The notes beneath the pieces were generated by a model. It saw nothing but the letters and a program-made list of their open reading frames with translations, ran no database searches and was not told where the DNA came from. From a virus (Duplodnaviria; Caudoviricetes): DNA of 63,666 nt. Each line of letters opens with the position of its first letter. Within the stretch, counting starts at the first letter, position 1. The stretch lies in IMG/VR virus record IMGVR_UViG_3300021438_000015, positions 1 through 63,666 of that record. The stretch is one strand, 5' to 3'. A program made the position numbers and the translations under genes. Positions 59,301 to 63,666 of this stretch are shown here, in pieces.

Positions 59301-62300
59301 TATGTATTGTCTAATAAAACGTCAATATCTAATTTCTTTTCTTCAAGTAGAATGTCTTTCAATGATATTTCATCTACTAACTTTAGATCAAATCAGTATT
59401 CTTATATTGATGATGATATATCGCTATGGAAATTAGGAGACTTCAAAGTATGTCAATTTTCACCAGACTTTGATTTTTTCACCAAGAGAAATGGTATAGA
59501 CTTCTTAAGTTTTGATTTGAAACATCATGGATCTGGATATAGTCAAATAACTAATTTATCTTTACCAGAAAAGATTATTACTTCTGGAGTTTCATACCAT
59601 ACTCAAATAGAAAATGACTTTTTAAGATTTAATTTGTCTAATATTCCTACTATTGATAAAGACAGATTTTATGCTATATCGCCTAGAATATCTAAGACTT
59701 TGCCAAGAGGATACAAATTTAATCAAGATGCTATTTGCGTTGATACAATTGTTGAACATGAAACCAACGACGATATTGTATGGCCCAATGGAAAAACTGG
59801 ACCAAAATTAATTGTAAGCTTGTACGCTAAAACCCAAGACAGTGATCAAAGGCCAAGCAAAATATTTGGTTTAATAAACAGATCAACTCATTATTTAGAG
59901 CCTTCTGGATGTATACGAAAATTAACTAGTAAATTTTCTTTTGATGACTTATTAGACAATTCAGAACCTTGGGCTTCATTTGATGTAGAATCATACACAA
60001 AGGAGTTTAAAGAAAAATATTTTTCTCAAGATATTGATAATATGTTTTTGCAATATGATCTAGTTTATCCCTCTGGTCGCCCTTTTTCATCTTTGATAAA
60101 GATTCACAGCGCAAATGTAAGAATAGAGGACGCCATATTTATAAGTGATAATAAAGATTCGCAGCTTAATTTATATGCTAGTGGTCAAAAGTATCAAGTT
60201 GGTCATTTAAATCTTTTTGTTCCAGAAAATGGACCAATAATATATTCTGGTATAGATTTATTTGTTAATGGTAATGGACCCATTAATTCCAATATGAATC
60301 TATTTATTGATAGCAGTGGATATCCATGTGAAAGTCCATATCTAACATTGTACACTGTATCTATTGGATCTTCTGATAGCGAAGAAGAAGTTTTTGGATC
60401 AATGTTTGGAGCATCTCCACGAAAAGGATTAAACTTATCTATAAGCGGTCAGTTCATGGTAGAAACAGATCTTTCATTATGTATAGAAGGATCTGGATAT
60501 TATGCTCAATCATATATTAATCTTAATACAGCAGTTGCTGAAGATATATATAAATTTGATAGTATTAATTTAAATGCACTGGGTAGATTAAAAGATGAAG
60601 ATTATTTCCCATACTCTACAGCATCATTGTTTGTTAATGGTCAAGAATTCCCAACAGAAATAAACAATTATTGTTACTTATATACCGTATCTGATGACAA
60701 AAATATAATTAAAAATTCTGGTGGAATGAATTTATTCACTATAAATTATCCAATTTCTTCATCGTTAGCAAATAATAGTGCATCCATAAGGTGGGATCAA
60801 AACAATGTTGGAAAAAATATTACAGTTCAAGATAATAGTTATGCCTATATTGATTCAGATGACAACATTCGTGGTGTTGACTTAGTTTGCTATGGTGTAT
60901 GTTCAAATAACATTCATAGATGCTACGAATCTACTGTAAATATACATGGTATTGAGTGGTACAATCCAGAAGTATGTGTAAATGGTGGAATATTTAGAGC
61001 AAAAAATACATATACTAATTTGAATTATCCAAGCGGTTCTTTTAGACATACTTTAGTATCTAATTTGTTCACTAGTATTACTACTGAGGATTTGATACCA
61101 TTATCTACTGAAAACAATTATGATATTATTGATGAAACAATTTCAAGTAATGTAATTTATGATCCTATGCCCTATAGTGGTCATTTTTATGGTATCAGAA
61201 AGTATAGCGGTTTAGCTCCAGACCTTCCATACTATGTAAACATTACTGGTAAAACTGGATCTACGCAACCTATAGATATACCTACAGAAATCATAGATGT
61301 AGAATACAACAAGCTTGAAGACGATAAAATAGATATTGACTATAAAGGGGTCAGACTATTAGCTAATTCAAATTACAGGCACTCTGGTGATAAGTTTGGC
61401 AAAGCCATTGCCTCTAAAGAAAACTTATTAGCCATTGGTTCGCCAATGAGATCAATAGTTTATAATAGTGGAATTGGATCAAATATAACTCTTCAAGAAG
61501 CTGGTTCAGTATTTTTGTATAAGAGACAAGACAGACCGGTTGGTAGTAGTTGGCCTTTAGAAAATTACAAATCTCCTTGGATGCTAGATGATGTAATAAC
61601 GTTGCCATCTGGCCTTATGAAAGATTATTTCTATAAAGAGAATATAACAATATCCAATTTACCATTTCAAGCTGTTAGAACAACTTGGTTTGTTGGTCAA
61701 GAGGGTAGACAATTCGGACATTCGGTTGATTTGTCTGTTAACAAAAATGAAAAATCGCTTGGGGAAAATTCTCGTCAGATACTAGTAGTTGGTGGACCAA
61801 GTGCTAAGTGGACCCCAAGACAGTTTGATTACAGTGAACCATCGGGCGTAAATGTTGGATTAATCATATTTACAGATGAATTTAAACCAAGAATACCAGC
61901 ACCGACATTAGGTGCGCCTTACAGAACTATAGGATATGAAGATGTATTATATGCTATCCAAGACAAAGATTTAGTATTTCATTATTTTTCTAATCCAAAA
62001 GTTAAATTTAATGTAAAACTTATTATATGTCAACCAATTGCTGATAGTCCAGAAATAACAGTATCAGAATTTCCAGATAAACCTTCGTTTATGACGCTAA
62101 AACCCATTAGTCGTAATATAGGATATCCAGTTACTACTGAACGCACATCTAAAATATTAAATGATATTAAATCTGCATTCTTTGAAGCATTTCCAGATAA
62201 CAACAATTTACCTCCGTTATTAGGATTATATGTTGATAATAGTAATTCATTAGGAAGAGAAGCTTTAGAACCAGCTATTGACCAATTTATAAATTTCTAT

Positions 62301-63666
62301 AAAAAATATACCTTTGATAACGGACTTGTTGATTTCAACCAGATAAGATCTTCTGGAGAAGTGATAGAATATATTCCAGATGATTATGACGCTGAAAACT
62401 GGGTAGACATGTCCAGACTTATACTTTCAGAAGTTTTAGACACTGGCAATCTTGTCAAAAACAATCAAGTTAGATTTTTTGCTCAAGAGGTTGGCAACTT
62501 TAATGAATCTGATGCGGGCTTTAACGTTCCACCAGAAAGTGGTGGAAAAGTATATATCTTCGAAAAAGAAAGCGGCTCTTGGAATTTAATACAAGAAATT
62601 AAATCGCCAAATGTAACATATGAACACCCAGATAGATTTGGACATTCAGTCAGCATAAGTGATGATGGAGAAGTTATAGCAATAGGATCACCTTATATAA
62701 ATCAAGCTGTAACTATTTACGAAAGAAAATCAGAACAAAGAGATCAATTCTATAATTCATTAATTGATTGGGTAGAGAACAATCGTTCAGAAAAATATTC
62801 AAAACAAATATCAGATTACTATGAATCAAGTAATCTAAAAAATAGGAAATATGATCTATACTTGAGCTTAGACAAAGAAGATAAATTCAAGTCCAGAGTA
62901 GATTTAAATATTGAAGAATATCAAAATATTTACACGTTTAATTATAGCAACATGCAACCGATTGGAAGTTGGTCGTTTATACCAGAAGCTGTAGCACCAA
63001 CATCAAGACTTGGATATGCAGTTGATGTAAATGAAGATGGTAGTATAGTAGTCGCAAGCGCACCAACAGACAGTTTGAATTTATACAACGACGGTGATGT
63101 TTATTATGCTCATAATGCCAACTTTAGAGATAAAGGTTTCTTTGGTGTTTCTTATTCTGATAATCCTTTTGGTCAAATAAAATCATCTTGGTCATCAAGT
63201 GTCAATGCTGGATCTATTCATGTATTTGAATCTCGTAAATATTATCCACATAATAAAGTTATTGAATATGGAAGATTTGGTAATTTGCATGAAATTACTA
63301 GTGATGATACCCCAGACTCTGGACACTTTCACTATCTAACAGATATTTTTAGTGATAAAAATTTCACAAAGACAGAATTTACAGATAGCAGCATACCAAA
63401 AGAAGCTGGATTAGTATTTATAATAACTCCAAAAGAAGATGCTCTTACTGTTAGCGATGAAGTATTTAATAATATCTATAACTGGTTGGCTCTAGGAGAT
63501 AGAAATTTAGTTTTGGTTGCCAATGATCCAATATGGGAAGGTAATGGTAAATATAAAAACTCAAACGATATACTAAACAAGCTATTAGAGAGATTGAATT
63601 CTAGGATGCGTATAGTACCAGCCAGAAGTAAATATGAATCTTTACCAGAAGGTTATGCATCATTTA
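56340..63666 (+). CDS. giant tail/baseplate protein with FG-GAP-like beta-propeller repeats, truncated by window edge
   Basis: Absent from ORF track because it has no stop in the window. ATG overlaps the TMP stop (MSLTLCSS...); spot-checked frame gives >2440 codons with SGDKFGKAIA..LAIGSP, AGSVFLY, DRFGHSVSISDDGEVIAIGSPY. Confidence 0.85.
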   Translation, partial: MSLTLCSSNEKVRLSGDSRLVGKLSFTSNNFSVRLSSIGSIKPKATIYRDLKVSLPSNPTFIANESVDFSLKRELLEIGAGNIRGYNSCSLGSSVRTSAISNFKSSFTDKFSGYRPNFIAYEKLYPLQDISFKSKFTNRNINVYKIENNLFSPTNIYSSIDEGVFTGNYTDNGKLGSVVSDDSKSFALTFRVFASGDIQYKFRVAKPTSVAKLSYLAIRASAPFDNYAQKKPQQYKIYDIKFEDPSGNLIIQYEDISIRGDSYYTTYLSKPLVNNLLLPTWDSKYPLMDTNGFYTLTLNMSFDCNAYPFTSNFDTGYEQTCIINSNILSPNPFISLNISALEIGSSGGVGILRDNYLALSLKAQEKSQREKRTLLPTQLFTYDFDNGIYPQASSIWQSTANEIIYNNTISSDTSVLLGKIRNDDLSQYISLLDSLPVQNSGRLILKFNTKPDREAYDDYVGGAFRFGGSSQFNDANLVNYLHNDNFFDIDTLELKVIARKKSGSPDYPIDVVGYSDDKLLNITPAIGGFLQNSGAFDFDSNQMPDSSGFLSNTFGISDSSLSDQSQYFQRDIGDHYAFNNSPIVDSTTFKEYTIPLQIYQNPNKLGYTRYSISSFFENLYLDISPISSGADICNVKLNVYYKPANAIMMHVLGSPQNKNATRKNITLLPASNYNENQVNTSIKLSGILTGLSTPNYIKSNYSRRWRGNDGRIFSGGDFSTESFDFSFNHKQAINPFKTSYIDFKNVVEDNVFSSNGALAGQSDNDFNILSNFGWRYSSSQLFLGTTTPYKSIAWRNNIFDAFDRAARISSEDKFEVYNFNNDSFTNYGDSSKNFGFALFIRFTPDQVSDLLINNHLILCYENFSTWSLVLICENGELKLKVKDSNDNIVTISDSRGILDYQFPLPILITYNDDNTYKFKLYTDNELFTLFNNLRATSPSINSTKVITGATLKVGHSSTYTSLQPLPMFVHEIGISNGSCNIAEFINPYVLSNKTSISNFFSSSRMSFNDISSTNFRSNQYSYIDDDISLWKLGDFKVCQFSPDFDFFTKRNGIDFLSFDLKHHGSGYSQITNLSLPEKIITSGVSYHTQIENDFLRFNLSNIPTIDKDRFYAISPRISKTLPRGYKFNQDAICVDTIVEHETNDDIVWPNGKTGPKLIVSLYAKTQDSDQRPSKIFGLINRSTHYLEPSGCIRKLTSKFSFDDLLDNSEPWASFDVESYTKEFKEKYFSQDIDNMFLQYDLVYPSGRPFSSLIKIHSANVRIEDAIFISDNKDSQLNLYASGQKYQVGHLNLFVPENGPIIYSGIDLFVNGNGPINSNMNLFIDSSGYPCESPYLTLYTVSIGSSDSEEEVFGSMFGASPRKGLNLSISGQFMVETDLSLCIEGSGYYAQSYINLNTAVAEDIYKFDSINLNALGRLKDEDYFPYSTASLFVNGQEFPTEINNYCYLYTVSDDKNIIKNSGGMNLFTINYPISSSLANNSASIRWDQNNVGKNITVQDNSYAYIDSDDNIRGVDLVCYGVCSNNIHRCYESTVNIHGIEWYNPEVCVNGGIFRAKNTYTNLNYPSGSFRHTLVSNLFTSITTEDLIPLSTENNYDIIDETISSNVIYDPMPYSGHFYGIRKYSGLAPDLPYYVNITGKTGSTQPIDIPTEIIDVEYNKLEDDKIDIDYKGVRLLANSNYRHSGDKFGKAIASKENLLAIGSPMRSIVYNSGIGSNITLQEAGSVFLYKRQDRPVGSSWPLENYKSPWMLDDVITLPSGLMKDYFYKENITISNLPFQAVRTTWFVGQEGRQFGHSVDLSVNKNEKSLGENSRQILVVGGPSAKWTPRQFDYSEPSGVNVGLIIFTDEFKPRIPAPTLGAPYRTIGYEDVLYAIQDKDLVFHYFSNPKVKFNVKLIICQPIADSPEITVSEFPDKPSFMTLKPISRNIGYPVTTERTSKILNDIKSAFFEAFPDNNNLPPLLGLYVDNSNSLGREALEPAIDQFINFYKKYTFDNGLVDFNQIRSSGEVIEYIPDDYDAENWVDMSRLILSEVLDTGNLVKNNQVRFFAQEVGNFNESDAGFNVPPESGGKVYIFEKESGSWNLIQEIKSPNVTYEHPDRFGHSVSISDDGEVIAIGSPYINQAVTIYERKSEQRDQFYNSLIDWVENNRSEKYSKQISDYYESSNLKNRKYDLYLSLDKEDKFKSRVDLNIEEYQNIYTFNYSNMQPIGSWSFIPEAVAPTSRLGYAVDVNEDGSIVVASAPTDSLNLYNDGDVYYAHNANFRDKGFFGVSYSDNPFGQIKSSWSSSVNAGSIHVFESRKYYPHNKVIEYGRFGNLHEITSDDTPDSGHFHYLTDIFSDKNFTKTEFTDSSIPKEAGLVFIITPKEDALTVSDEVFNNIYNWLALGDRNLVLVANDPIWEGNGKYKNSNDILNKLLERLNSRMRIVPARSKYESLPEGYASF

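Noticed and set aside
7495-63666. Stop-codon reassignment
   Set aside because: Genes are long and tightly packed under code 11; TAA, TAG and TGA all act as stops; no suppressor tRNA

Overview
The window is part of a large tailed dsDNA phage genome with siphovirus-like morphogenesis genes and standard code 11. A Planctomycetota-type host is a tentative inference. Bases 1-7060 are a visibly more GC-rich, minus-strand early/accessory region. It holds a Gp88-like gene running off the left edge, six tRNAs split by an HNH endonuclease, about 20 small (often very acidic) ORFs and 13 near-consensus sigma70 promoters. It also holds a regular non-coding architecture: 27-bp palindromes paired at exactly 53 bp, sigma54-type TGGCAC-N5-TTGC boxes and enhancer-like repeats. 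From about 7460 to the right edge is an AT-rich plus-strand late region. It starts with a phage sigma factor, a sugar-modification cluster (methyltransferase, GT-like protein, StrG-like oxygenase, gmd), HNH, ERCC4 nuclease, ClpP-like protease, terminase and portal. These are followed by many fibre/lectin/mucin-like proteins, a sulfotransferase, protease-scaffold, capsid, neck, tail tube, a 2284-aa tape measure and a >2440-aa tail protein running off the right edge. The best candidates for undescribed biology are (i) the dyad-symmetric sigma54-box/palindrome elements and (ii) a possible virion glycosylation system, suggested by Ser-Gly-enriched and mucin-like virion proteins plus glycan enzymes. 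All product calls come from motif recognition and synteny, not database searches.
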